DNA from: Chiloscyllium plagiosum
Taxonomy: Eukaryota
Length of the DNA stretch: 26,072 nucleotides
Direction of reading: 5' to 3'
Assembly: GCF_004010195.1 (NCBI RefSeq)
Contig: NC_057720.1
Coordinates: 23,484,560-23,510,631, forward strand
This document shows, one piece after another, positions 10,880 to 20,329 of the stretch; positions within the stretch are counted from its first letter, which is position 1; each line of letters starts with the position of its first letter. The position numbers and the translations under genes are program-made. The notes beneath the pieces were generated by a model. That model had not been told where the DNA came from. It made no database searches and was given only the letters and a program-made list of their open reading frames with translations.

Positions 10880-11095
10880 TTGCTGACAAGGCCAGCATTT
10901 ACTGTCCATTCTTTTTTGGTCTTAAGAGGGTAACGGTCAGTGTAATTCTTCTTAAAAGTCTGCAGTCTACCTGGGATTAGTAAACCCAGGGTTCTCTTAG
11001 TGAGGGTGTTCCAGTATTTTGATGCAGCATCATAAGAATTGGTGATATAGTTCCAGGTCACGATAATGTGTGGCTTTCAAAATGATCAAGGTGGG
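10880..11095 (-). mobile_element. Old LINE 3' end (same family as 13152-13344 and 16116-17108)
   Basis: AGGCCAGCATTTACTGTCCAT...GTTCCAGTATTTTGA...TTCCAGGTCACGATAATGTGTGGCTT is the reverse complement of the shared tail. Confidence 0.65.
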
Positions 11096-11904
11096 AAAAA
11101 TGACTCATGAAAGCAGTTTAGTAGTTGAAACATTTTAAGGAAGCTGCACGCTTCCATTTTGATAGTGTTTCTGTGTTTAATTGCCCAGGGCTCTGAGCCT
11201 GGAGAACCCAACCGGTAAAATGAGATAGAAAGGGCCAAATACATCAGTGTAGTGACTTTGCAGCACTTCTTGAGACCCAGGAGAAACAGGAATCTTTCCT
11301 TTAGTCCCAACAAGGTTACCTCTGAACACAGAGCCTTAAAATCCACATTCTGTTTCTGAAGTGGCTCGTTGCTTCCCCTGTTCTTCCCTGCAACCTCTGA
11401 CTGTCCCATGACCTCACTATCTCCTAATCTCTGCTCCATCCCATGATCACTAACCCTGATATCTGGTTTTAGCCTAAACTTCCGATTACATTCTTGATCT
11501 TTGACTCCTCTCTGATCTCCTGCTTGATGTGACACCACCACTAATCTTTCGTGACACCCAGTGTTTTTTGACCAATTTTGTATGATCTGCATCCCCATCA
11601 ACCATGAATCACACTTGCTTCTACTATTGCCTTTTCTGGATGATTCATTGCAGATAGGTTATGAAACATGCTGATCCAACGTCTGGATGGAAAGTCTAAT
11701 TAAAGAATAGTGTCCATACAATGCAGGCATTCAGGAAAATCTGCTCTGCTGGACTTCCTCACTATAACTTCTTCCTACCAGTTGTTCCATCATGTTGCTC
11801 AGGTGAATATTGGAGCTTTTAATTCAGAATTGTTTAAATTCCTACAAATCATATGAACAAAAGGTTACTTGAAAAATAATCACAACACAGATGAAATTAA
11901 TAAT

Positions 11905-12632
11905 GTGATCATACAGAGCTTGAATACTGCTGAGAAGAAAAAGACACATTTTGTTAAAATGTTTTGCCTTGCACCTTTCAGGACAATTTGGAAGAATATT
12001 AACGTAAAAGTGGACAGCAGGTAAATAGTGTATGAGAAGAATGTGCTGATTGGTTGGCAAGTGGACTCCGATTGGTCAAACCAATCCCACGGAGAATGAC
12101 ACTTAACTGTCAAGCTTTATTGAATTTAAACCCGGCGCATTGATACAGATTGGTCAGGGCATTGCCCTGCAGAATGAATCAAAATGACTGTTTCCCATTC
12201 TATTCATTTGAAACAGGTAAAATTCTTTCTATCTGAAAAGAACACAGTCCTGGATATTAATATATGTCGCTTCCAATCTGTGCAAGTGCACTCTGCAAGC
12301 CCAACCAACAATCTTAAATTGTCAGTGTAATTCTTTGCGCACTCAGGATTATTTATCCGAATAATATATAATGTTGGACACTGTTTAGAATTGTGCGAGT
12401 ATGGGCTCATTTAGTATGTTCAGTACTTTGCTTGTGGTGAGCAGCCAAAGGGACATGGTGCCAGTTATCAACAAACTAGTGCATTCACCACAGAAATGTC
12501 ATGGATAGTCCACATCAATCAGCTTGCTCTTCTTATAGAGTACAAACATAATGTTTAGTTTTGAACTGATATTCTTGTGAATTATCCTGAGTGCAAGATG
12601 CAAGGTAACAAAATGTGTTTTTTTCCAACAAT
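11905..12632 (-). mobile_element. Decayed PLE 3' end with inverted terminal-repeat arm
   Basis: Minus ORF contains INNPECAKNYTDN (PLE GIY-YIG C-terminus-like). Both ends carry ACAAAATGTGT(C)TTTTT in opposite orientation, with hammerhead remnants. Confidence 0.6.
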
Positions 12633-13151
12633 ATAGAAATGATATTTTGATATGTTGATGCAAAATCACTTAATATCATATCATGTGAATGCTACTGGAT
12701 TGTTTTTAAATTCTAAGTATTTTCCTTTAGTAGGATTTAACAAATTCACAATGCAGTGATATATAGTTACCATGATTTACAATATTAAAATGGAAACTAA
12801 TTTAGTTGCATATGATTGTATTAAGTGTTGATTTGTAATTAAGCTGTCTGACTAAGAGTATAATCTTTGACAGATTTTTAGCAAAACATTTGACATGATT
12901 TTGTTTTCAAAGTATAATGGTCCATAACTTGCTGTCAAAATAACTAGTGGTGCTCTCTAAATTTTCAACTAATGTTGCAGAAACGTCTGATGAGGGCAAA
13001 TTCCTATTTAAATTAAAATGTCCAAAGATTGTTGTCTCTGAAGAACAGTCATATTTGATTCTTGTAGACTGATACCAAATGACAGTCAGTAACAACAGTA
13101 TGTACTATCTACAAGAGGTATTGCAGAAATTCATGAAGGTTTCTCTATCAG

Positions 13152-13344
13152 CAAACCCACGGCCACCACCATCTCGAAGGACAAGGGGAGCAGATAGATG
13201 GGAACACCACCGACAAGTTCCCTTTCAAGTCACTCACAATCCTGACCTGCAGCCAATTGTCTACAGCAATTAAAAACATTGGCTTAGAACCATCGTCTCA
13301 AGGGCAATTATCATGGGGTAATGACTGCTAATAATGCCACATTA
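13152..13344 (+). mobile_element. Old LINE 3' end (host site of the PLE at 13359)
   Basis: CACCATCTCGAAGGACAAGG...CAAGTCACTCACAATCCTGAC...CTCAAGGGCAATTA...ATGCCACAT, homologous to 16880-17100. Confidence 0.65.
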
Positions 13345-13395
13345 TATGATTAATTTTAGGATATAGGTTTGCTCATTAAGCTGAAAGGTTCATTT

Positions 13396-13435
13396 CCAAA
13401 CGTTTCGTTATCTTATTAGGTAACATCTTCAGTGG
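13396..13435 (-). ncRNA. Minimal type I hammerhead ribozyme motif (PLE-type)
   Basis: Minus strand reads CCA-CTGAAGA-T-GTTACCT-AATA-AGATAAC-GAAA-CG-TT/TGG. The sister copy at 14793-14829 has a 3-nt core deletion. Confidence 0.7.
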
Positions 13436-13528
13436 GCCTCATGCGAAGCAATGCTGAAAATTCCTGCTTTCTATTTATATGTTGGGTTCCTTTGGGTTGG
13501 CGATGTCATTTCCTGTGGTGATGTCATT

Positions 13529-13976
13529 TCATGTGGTGAAGTCACTTCTGGTTCCTTTCCTCAGGGGTTGGTAGATGAGATCTAATTTGATGTGTTTGTT
13601 GATAGAGTTCCAGTTGGAATGCCATGCTTCTAGGAATTCTCGTGCGTGTCTTTGTTTGGCTTGTCCTAGGATGGATGTGTTGTCCCAGTCGAAGTGGTGT
13701 CCTTCCTCATCCATACGTGAGGATACTAGTGAGAGAGGGTCATGTCTTCTTGTGGCTAGTTGGTGTTCATGTATCCTGGTGGCTAATTTTCTGCCTATTT
13801 GTCTAATGTGGTGTTTGTTACAGTCCTTGCACAGTATTGTGTAGATGACGTTAGTTTGCTCATTGTCTGTATAGGGTCTTTCAAGTTCATTAGCTGCTGT
13901 TTTAGTGTGTTGGTGGGTTTGTGGACTATTATGATGCCAAGGGGTCTGAGTAGTCTGGCAGTCATTCCTAGATGTC
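13529..13976 (-). pseudogene. PLE GIY-YIG endonuclease domain (inverted arm), frameshifted
   Basis: NVIYTILCKDCNKHHIRQIGRKLATRIHEH...HHFDWDNTSILGQAKQRHAREFLEAWHS. Confidence 0.85.
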
Positions 13977-15049
13977 TCAGTAGAGCGAACAGCCAATGGG
14001 GAACTTCAAACCAGCGTCTACAGAAAAACAACACATACTGACCAAATATTGAACTACAGAAGCAATCATCCCAACACCCACAAACAAAGCTGCATCAGAA
14101 CATTATTGCAACGAACCAATACACACTTCAGCATAGAGGAACTATGCAGAGCAGAGGAAAATCACCCGTACTGTGTATTCAAAAAGAATGGGTACCCAAT
14201 GAACACAGTCTGCTGATTTCTCAGCAACAAACCCAAACAAGCAGACAAAACACGTCCAGAAGCCCTAGCCACTCTCCCCTACATCAAAGACATATCAGAT
14301 GGCATCATAGTAGCCCACAAACCCACCAACACTAAAACAGCAGCTAATGAACTTGAAAGACCCGATACAGACAATGAGCAAACTAACGTCATTTACAAAA
14401 TACCGTGCAAGGACTGTAACAAACACTATATTAGACAAACAGGCAGAAAACTAGCCACCAGGATACATGAAGACCAACTAGCCACAAAAAGACATGCTCC
14501 TCTCTCACTAGTATCCTCACATACAGATGAGGAAGGACACCACTATGACTGGGACAACACATCCATCCTAGGACAAGCCAAACAAAGACACGCAGAAAAT
14601 TCCTAGAGTTCCAACCAGAACTCTATCAACAAACATATCGAGTTATACCCCATCTACCACCCCCTGAGAAAAGGAACCGGAAGTGACTTCACCACAGGAA
14701 ATAACATCACCACACGCAATGACATCACCAATCCAAAGAACCCAAATATATAAATAGAAAGCAGGAATTTTCAGCATTGCTTCGCATGAGGCCCACTGAA
14801 GTTACCTAGTAAGGTAATGAAAGGTCTGGAAATAAACCTTTCAGTTCACATCCAAAACCTCAACCTGAGCTGCAAATCTTCTCAAAACTCGTTATGATTA
14901 ATTTTAAGAAAAGAAATGTTTCTCTCTTTACAGATGCTGACAGAGCTGCTGAGTCTTTCCAGAAATATTCTGCTTTCATTTCTCTTAAATACTGATAGCT
15001 AAATACGTGGGGGACCCTGCACTGATACTATTTCAAGACATCAGCATTT

Positions 15050-15150
15050 GAGTTCTGAGGAAGGGTAATTGGACCAGAAATGTTAACTCTGATTTCTCTC
15101 CACAGATGCTCCAGACCTGCTGAGCTTTTCCAATAATTTCTGTTTTTGCA
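15050..15150 (+). mobile_element. PLE terminal-repeat fragment with hammerhead motif
   Basis: GAGTT-CTGAGGA-A-GGGT-AATTGG-ACCA-GAAA-TG-TT/AACTC, with a 5-bp stem I (GAGTT/AACTC) and mutated stems II and III. Confidence 0.75.
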
Positions 15151-15439
15151 TCAACACTGGACTTTCAGATGAGGCGTTTTTATTTTCCTTTTTGCTGCAG
15201 AATTAGTGGAAGAACTGAGGAGTATTGTTGGATCCTAAAGGGAGTGATGAAGAACGCTTGTAAGGAGTTCAGTGCAGTGAGATTCCTGTACTTTCAGCAT
15301 GACAGGGAGATGGAGCGAATGCAAGCAGCTGAGGGCAGAGATTTGTAACAGAATAGGGTAAAAAATGGAATCTCAATGGATGCTCTTGTCTAACTGCTGC
15401 AAGTTATTCACTGAACATTCATCCTAACTCCACCTTGGT

Positions 15440-15546
15440 GCTCTTGTGGTGTCCTTACCTCTGAGCCAGGAGGCCCTGATTCAAGTCTCACTTGTTCCAG
15501 ATGTGTGTCATAACATCTCTGATACAGGCTGACTAGAAAATATCTC
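15440..15546 (+). mobile_element. Degenerate tRNA-derived SINE head
   Basis: CCTTACCTCTGAGCCAGGAGGCCCTGATTCAAGTCTC (B-box-like). Confidence 0.45.
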
Positions 15547-15981
15547 CCACTTCCACCTTGCTGTTGGAAAAACTGCAAATATCTTCTCCTGAAACAGGTC
15601 TAATTTTGATTTCTTTTAAAATGTAGGATGTGTGTGGCCTGTGAAGCAACCTAAATATTGAAGCACTCAATACACATATTCCACACTGGCAAGGTAACAG
15701 GTTTTCAACGCAGAATCATCCCCAGCTACAATGTAAGTAAGACAGTATAGTATTGTGAAAGGCAATAATAAGATTCATGAAGCGATAATTATCCCTCATG
15801 TAGAATGTTCTGTTTATTATGGCTTTAAATGCAACAGGTCCTGGAGTTAATCATCTCTTCCAAAAACATGTACTTTATAGGAGATTGATGATAAATGCTC
15901 AGTGCAAATCTAGTTAGTAAGTAGTTAGAGGAGTTTCAATTGTAATTTGCAACACTAGTGAGGACAGAAGTTGAAAGCACT

Positions 15982-16090
15982 CTATAAAATTGTACAGTTC
16001 AAAAAAAGGCCATTCCACCAATCATATCAATGGTGTTTCTTTGACAGGGCTGTCCAATTAATCCTATCTCTGCTCTTTTCCCATAAATTG
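15982..16090 (-). mobile_element. Decayed CR1 3' tail
   Basis: TGTACAG...AGGCCATTC...CCAATCAT resembles the reverse complement of CR1 tails. Confidence 0.45.
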
Positions 16091-16115
16091 AATTTTGTAA
16101 TAACTTTTTAGTTTA

Positions 16116-17108
16116 TCATTAACATCCTGACATTACCATTGACCAGAATCTTAACTGGATTACTCATATAGATATTTTGGTACAAAAGCTGATCAGCTGG
16201 AAATTCTGTGGTAACTCACCTCTTGACTCCCAAATCCAGTGCATGAGTACAAGTTGGGAATATAATAGAGTACTTGCCCAACTGAGGGCAACTCCAGCAA
16301 CACTAAACACCACCTAGCACACAGTAGCTCGCTTGATCGGTATGTCATTCATAAGCTAGCCAGGTCCTGATTTCTCAACTCTCATCTGGTCAGCAGTCCA
16401 GAAAAGGGCAAAGAAAATACAACCAAGATATTGTGAAGCTCTGCTTGAAGCACAGCAGCATTCCTATTAGGTGAATGTTGTGACCAATGCTTCAAAATGA
16501 CAATTTCTCATCAAGCTGTGTGATGTTTTGTGTGCAGACACCTTAATGATGCAGCAAAATGTAAAGGAAAGAAAGAAAACATATCATATACTCTGGATCT
16601 CGCTACCATGCTGCCCCATGTGCCCAAAGAACTGATGGTTGAGAGTTAGCTCCATACCAGAAACTTGTGACACCAAGTAGATGCTATCCTCAAATTGAGG
16701 GCAACTGACAGAACTACATTCATCAGTTTCAAATCAACTCCCTCCACTACTGATGCACAGTAACAGCAGTATTTACCATCTACAGATGCAATGCAGCAAC
16801 TCAGAAGGCCAATGTGACAACAATGTTCAAAAGCACAATTTTTATCTTGCGGAATAATAAAGAAAACTGACAGATTGCATCACCACCATCTGCAAGTAGC
16901 CCTCCAAGTCACACATCATCCTGACTTGAAGTTATATTTTCACTCCTTTACTGAGGTTGGGTCAAAATTCTGGAACTCCTTCTCTAAGACACTATGGGAG
17001 TAAACAGCAGTTCAAGAAGACAACTCATGACTATCTTCTCAAGAGCACTTCGGGATGAGCAGTGAATATTGGCCCTTCCAGATAGGTTCATGTTCCAAGA
17101 ATGATTTT
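16116..17108 (+). mobile_element. Old LINE 3' portion (CR1/L2 group) interrupted by an unassigned segment at ~16350-16730
   Basis: Homologous to 2290-2518, 10880-11095 and 13152-13344. Ends ...CTCAAGAGCACTTCGGGATGAGCAGTGAATATTGGCC. Confidence 0.6.
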
Positions 17109-17121
17109 TGGAAAGATTCAA

Positions 17122-17175
17122 ACACACATACACGCACACACACAATTGCATACACATATATATACACACGTATAT
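17122..17175. repeat. Imperfect (CA)n/(TA)n microsatellite
   Basis: ACACACATACACGCACACACAC...TACACATATATATACACACG. Confidence 0.85.
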
Positions 17176-18949
17176 AAAATAGAATTTATGAAAATGCCAA
17201 ACAGATAGAAGTCAGAAATGAGCTACAACTAAAATATCAAATAGACAGTAAATAAATAGAACATAATTTAACAAAATTATGTTGTGAGTGGAGCTCACAA
17301 AATATGAAGAGAGGGAAAACACATAAATCAAAAACTTTATAGCTCTTATAGCAGATCTAAAACAAATACAGCAATCTCAGCAGTGGAAGGGTAAACCAAT
17401 TACTGATTTGTATTATTTAAAATTATTTTTAACTTAATTGATAACCTTGTATATTGTTGCCATGCAATAGATTTATCATAAACTTGTCTCATTGTCATAT
17501 AAACAGTTAGTGTGTCATGAATCTCAAAGAGATCAAAATTGCATATCTCTTTGTGTATGGCTGCTGCACCAAAATCCTCTTGTTTCATTTATTATTAAAA
17601 ATTCTAACAAATTATATAAATCCTTTGAAGGGATTTTTATTTAAGCAAGCATTAATTACAATATCTAAATTCAACTTTGTGTAAATTTGTCCAATTTATA
17701 ATCCTTGTACTGGTCAGTGCTTCAAAATCATTAATAAAGTTCAACATTTATGAAACATTCCCATTTCTATAAATGACATGCACTTAATTCAGAAACTTCC
17801 ATCTTAAGAAAATGTCTCTGATACAGAAGTAATAGCACAGATAGTCTTTAAATCGCATGGGCCAGACTTTTGTCAGTCTCAGTAATGTTAGAAGAATAAT
17901 CAAACAGGAAACAGATAGTAATTCTATTTAACTTCCAATTAAGGAATTCATATTTTCTTTAAACTTGCATTGACATGCAGAGAAAAAAACAATAACTGCA
18001 ATTCAAATGATCAGCATTTGCATCTATACTTGAAACATGTTAATAGTTGCAACTTTGATGCTTACCTAGAAAACTCTTGCAAGACAGACTTTATTAGTTA
18101 TTAGTATTAAATTAAGCATTTGAAATTTACTGTGGTAAAGACTTTTGTTAAGCACCTGCCTTGGTTCAGCTACAGCACATTATAGTACCTTTTGTCATAT
18201 ATGAGATTGCAAATCATTCTCACTAACGGCACGTTTAGACTATAGTAGCTTCTGTGTAACTTCACTTGATAGTGCCATGAAAAAGCTCATAATGGAAACA
18301 TCTGCCAGCAGTGTTATGATAATAAGATTATTAACACAAGGTGTTTGGGAGGATGAGTTCAAAAAGATTGGACTCTTGGCTTGCACAAAAGCGAAGAGGA
18401 CGAGAGTCTGCAAGATACAAAGGGGAGAACCTAGCATTGTAATAAGAGATTCTGCTGAATCCTAATTGGCATTCACACCTGGCACAACTTCAAACCTCTT
18501 TTGTTAGCCAAAAATCTGATTATAAACTAACTTGTTACACTGTTTTGCATAAGTCAATTCTCCTAATCAATGTCTCCAGGGCTCAACCAAATTTGTAGTT
18601 TCGTCTCCTAACTCAATCTAGTGGTTTAAGTTTTTATCTTTGTGACGTTGGAGCTTACGTTGTGTTCCAATCTTGATTCCTCCTTAAATTCAGTCAAGCT
18701 TTTTCTGCATACTGGAGTAACTTGTTAACCAATTCAAATTTACTATTTCTAGCTTTTTTAGAAAGTATAAATAACAGAACCTTTGTTCTATATATTCCTT
18801 TAAACAAATACCTTTAGAAAAATGTGATTGTGTTTACTGTGTTCTACAATTATTTCATCCTTTGCCATCACTTTAAATGACAACATGAATTCCCTGACCA
18901 CAAAGGTAACATTGTCAAAATGCCTTCTCTCCACTGGCCATGCATTCTC

Positions 18950-19480
18950 TGAATCGTTATGGGGCAAACGTGGGCCATTTGGCCCATCACGTCTGTACTG
19001 GCTTGTCAAATTCACATCATTACCTCATACCAATCTTTTGCCTTTTCTCCAAACCCTTGCAAATCAGTTCTACACAAATAGTAATCAATGCACCCTTGAA
19101 TGTCACAATTGAACCTGCTTCCACCATGTTTCTAAGCAGTGCATCCTGTCACTGCAATTATAGCCTCCTTAAACATAGATTTATTTTGTAATCTCCAATA
19201 ACTTGTTTCAGTCGCATCATTTAGCTGTGTTTCTATATCCATATTACCCAGTATCTTTGTGTGTCGATCTGTTTATTTATACTGAAACTTATATTTGAAG
19301 TCTGGGTTTTCCACTTTCCACTCATCAATTAGATCACAAACCAGAATAACAAATTCCCTCGTAGGAATCACTGTTGATCATTCACTTCCCACATTAGAAT
19401 TTGCCCTGGACACTTTGCAAAACCTGTTGCATATATATCTGTAGATCTTCCCTGTTGTCAGTACATTTGATGCAAAGCTT
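18950..19480 (-). mobile_element. Decayed CR1 3' end and RT fragments
   Basis: GGCCATTTGGCCCATCACGTCTG tail and CCTTGAATGTCACAATTGAACCTGCTTCCACC (minus strand: VEAGSIVTFK). Confidence 0.6.
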
Positions 19481-19524
19481 TCTCCTTACCTTAATCCTAA
19501 TGCTAGCCCTCACCCTAACTATAA

Positions 19525-19875
19525 TTTAAGAAAGGTGGTAAGGAAAAAGTTAAAAATCACACAACACCAGGTTATAGTCCAACAGGTTTAATTGGAAGCA
19601 CTAGCTTTAGGAGCACCACTCCTTCTAGTGTGCTTCCAATTAAACCTGTTGGACTATAACCTGATGTTGTGTGATTTTTAACTTTGTACACCCCAGTCCA
19701 ACACCTGCATCTCTAAATCGTGGTAAGGAAAAGCCAGGCAACTATAATCCAGTGAGCCTGATATCAGCAATGGGCATGTTATTGGAGGAATCCTGAGTGA
19801 CAAGATTTACATGTATTTGGAAAGGCAAGGACTGATTAGGGACAGTCAACATCGCTTTGTGCATGCAAAATCAAG
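19525..19875 (+). mobile_element. CR1/HER1 RT N-terminal fragment, interrupted by a PLE palindrome and ending at a Tx1 junction
   Basis: FKKGGKEK/PGNYNPVSLIS...IYMYLERQGLIRDSQHRFVHAKS. Confidence 0.88.
19548..19719 (+). mobile_element. 172-bp palindromic PLE terminal-repeat insertion with 13-bp TSD
   Basis: GTGGTAAGGAAAA occurs at 19535-19547 and 19720-19732. The 56-bp inverted repeat 19546-19601/19630-19685 has 1 mismatch, and the loop holds a partial hammerhead on the minus strand. Confidence 0.88.
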
Positions 19876-20325
19876 TCTACGGTCTGTTCCCCAGGACGCA
19901 CACCAAGACGAACATCAACTGTGCCTGGAGGATCATCAACTCGGTGAAGGAAGCTCTCTGGGCGGTCCGAAACCTGTTGATCTTCCAGCTGAAGGAGTTG
20001 ACCCCAACTGAGTGTTGCAGATTGGCACATTCCAAGGTCCAGGACTACGTGTTGAGGGACGCGCTGAAGCTTGGGGCAGCTGCCGCCAAGGCGCGGTGGT
20101 GAAAGACCACCGTGTAACATCTGCCTGCCTAAGAAGAACAGGGGGCCCACCCAGTCATTTGGGCTCTGCTGACACCTCAGCTCAATGTAATCGCACCAAC
20201 CTGTAAATAGGAATGATTACTCTGTTTCGATATGCAAAGAAATGGAATGTTTACAGATGTATGGCATGTCCAGCTGTATAGATCAAAATATTTATGAATA
20301 AAGTATATTTTTGAAATAAAAAAAA
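19876..20325 (+). mobile_element. Tx1-clade retrotransposon copy 1 (3' end only)
   Basis: YGLFPRTHTKTNINCAWRIINSVK...AKARW*, then 3' UTR, AATAAA and an A-tail. Collinear with 24610-25060. Confidence 0.93.
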
Positions 20326-20329
20326 GAAA

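Larger units (their letters stand above)
13359..14892 (+). mobile_element. Penelope/Poseidon-like PLE, 5'-truncated with inverted left arm, 14-bp TSD
   Basis: TATGATTAATTTTA occurs at 13345-13358 and 14893-14906. Plus arm: FLDVSVERTANGELQTSVYRKTTHTDQILNYRSNHP...NGYP...TLPYI...NVIYKIPCKDCNKHYIRQTGR (RT thumb plus GIY-YIG). 13359-13976 is an inverted copy of the 3' part. Confidence 0.93.

Noticed and set aside
12979..13000. GAAACGTCTGATGAGGG contains both hammerhead core strings
   Set aside because: The motifs overlap, leaving no stem I, and no stem II partner is visible; treated as chance.
12907..13095. Minus-strand ORF preceded by TACTGAC...CAG
   Set aside because: Weak pyrimidine tract, no convincing donor and no recognisable protein.
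15180..15740. Plus-strand acceptor/donor-like motifs (near 15200, 15626, 15693 and 15733)
   Set aside because: The candidate exons checked contain stops, and no coherent structure emerges.
19546..19685. DNA transposon/MITE interpretation of the palindrome
   Set aside because: The asymmetric 36-nt tail, 13-bp TSD and hammerhead remnant fit a Penelope-like retroelement better.
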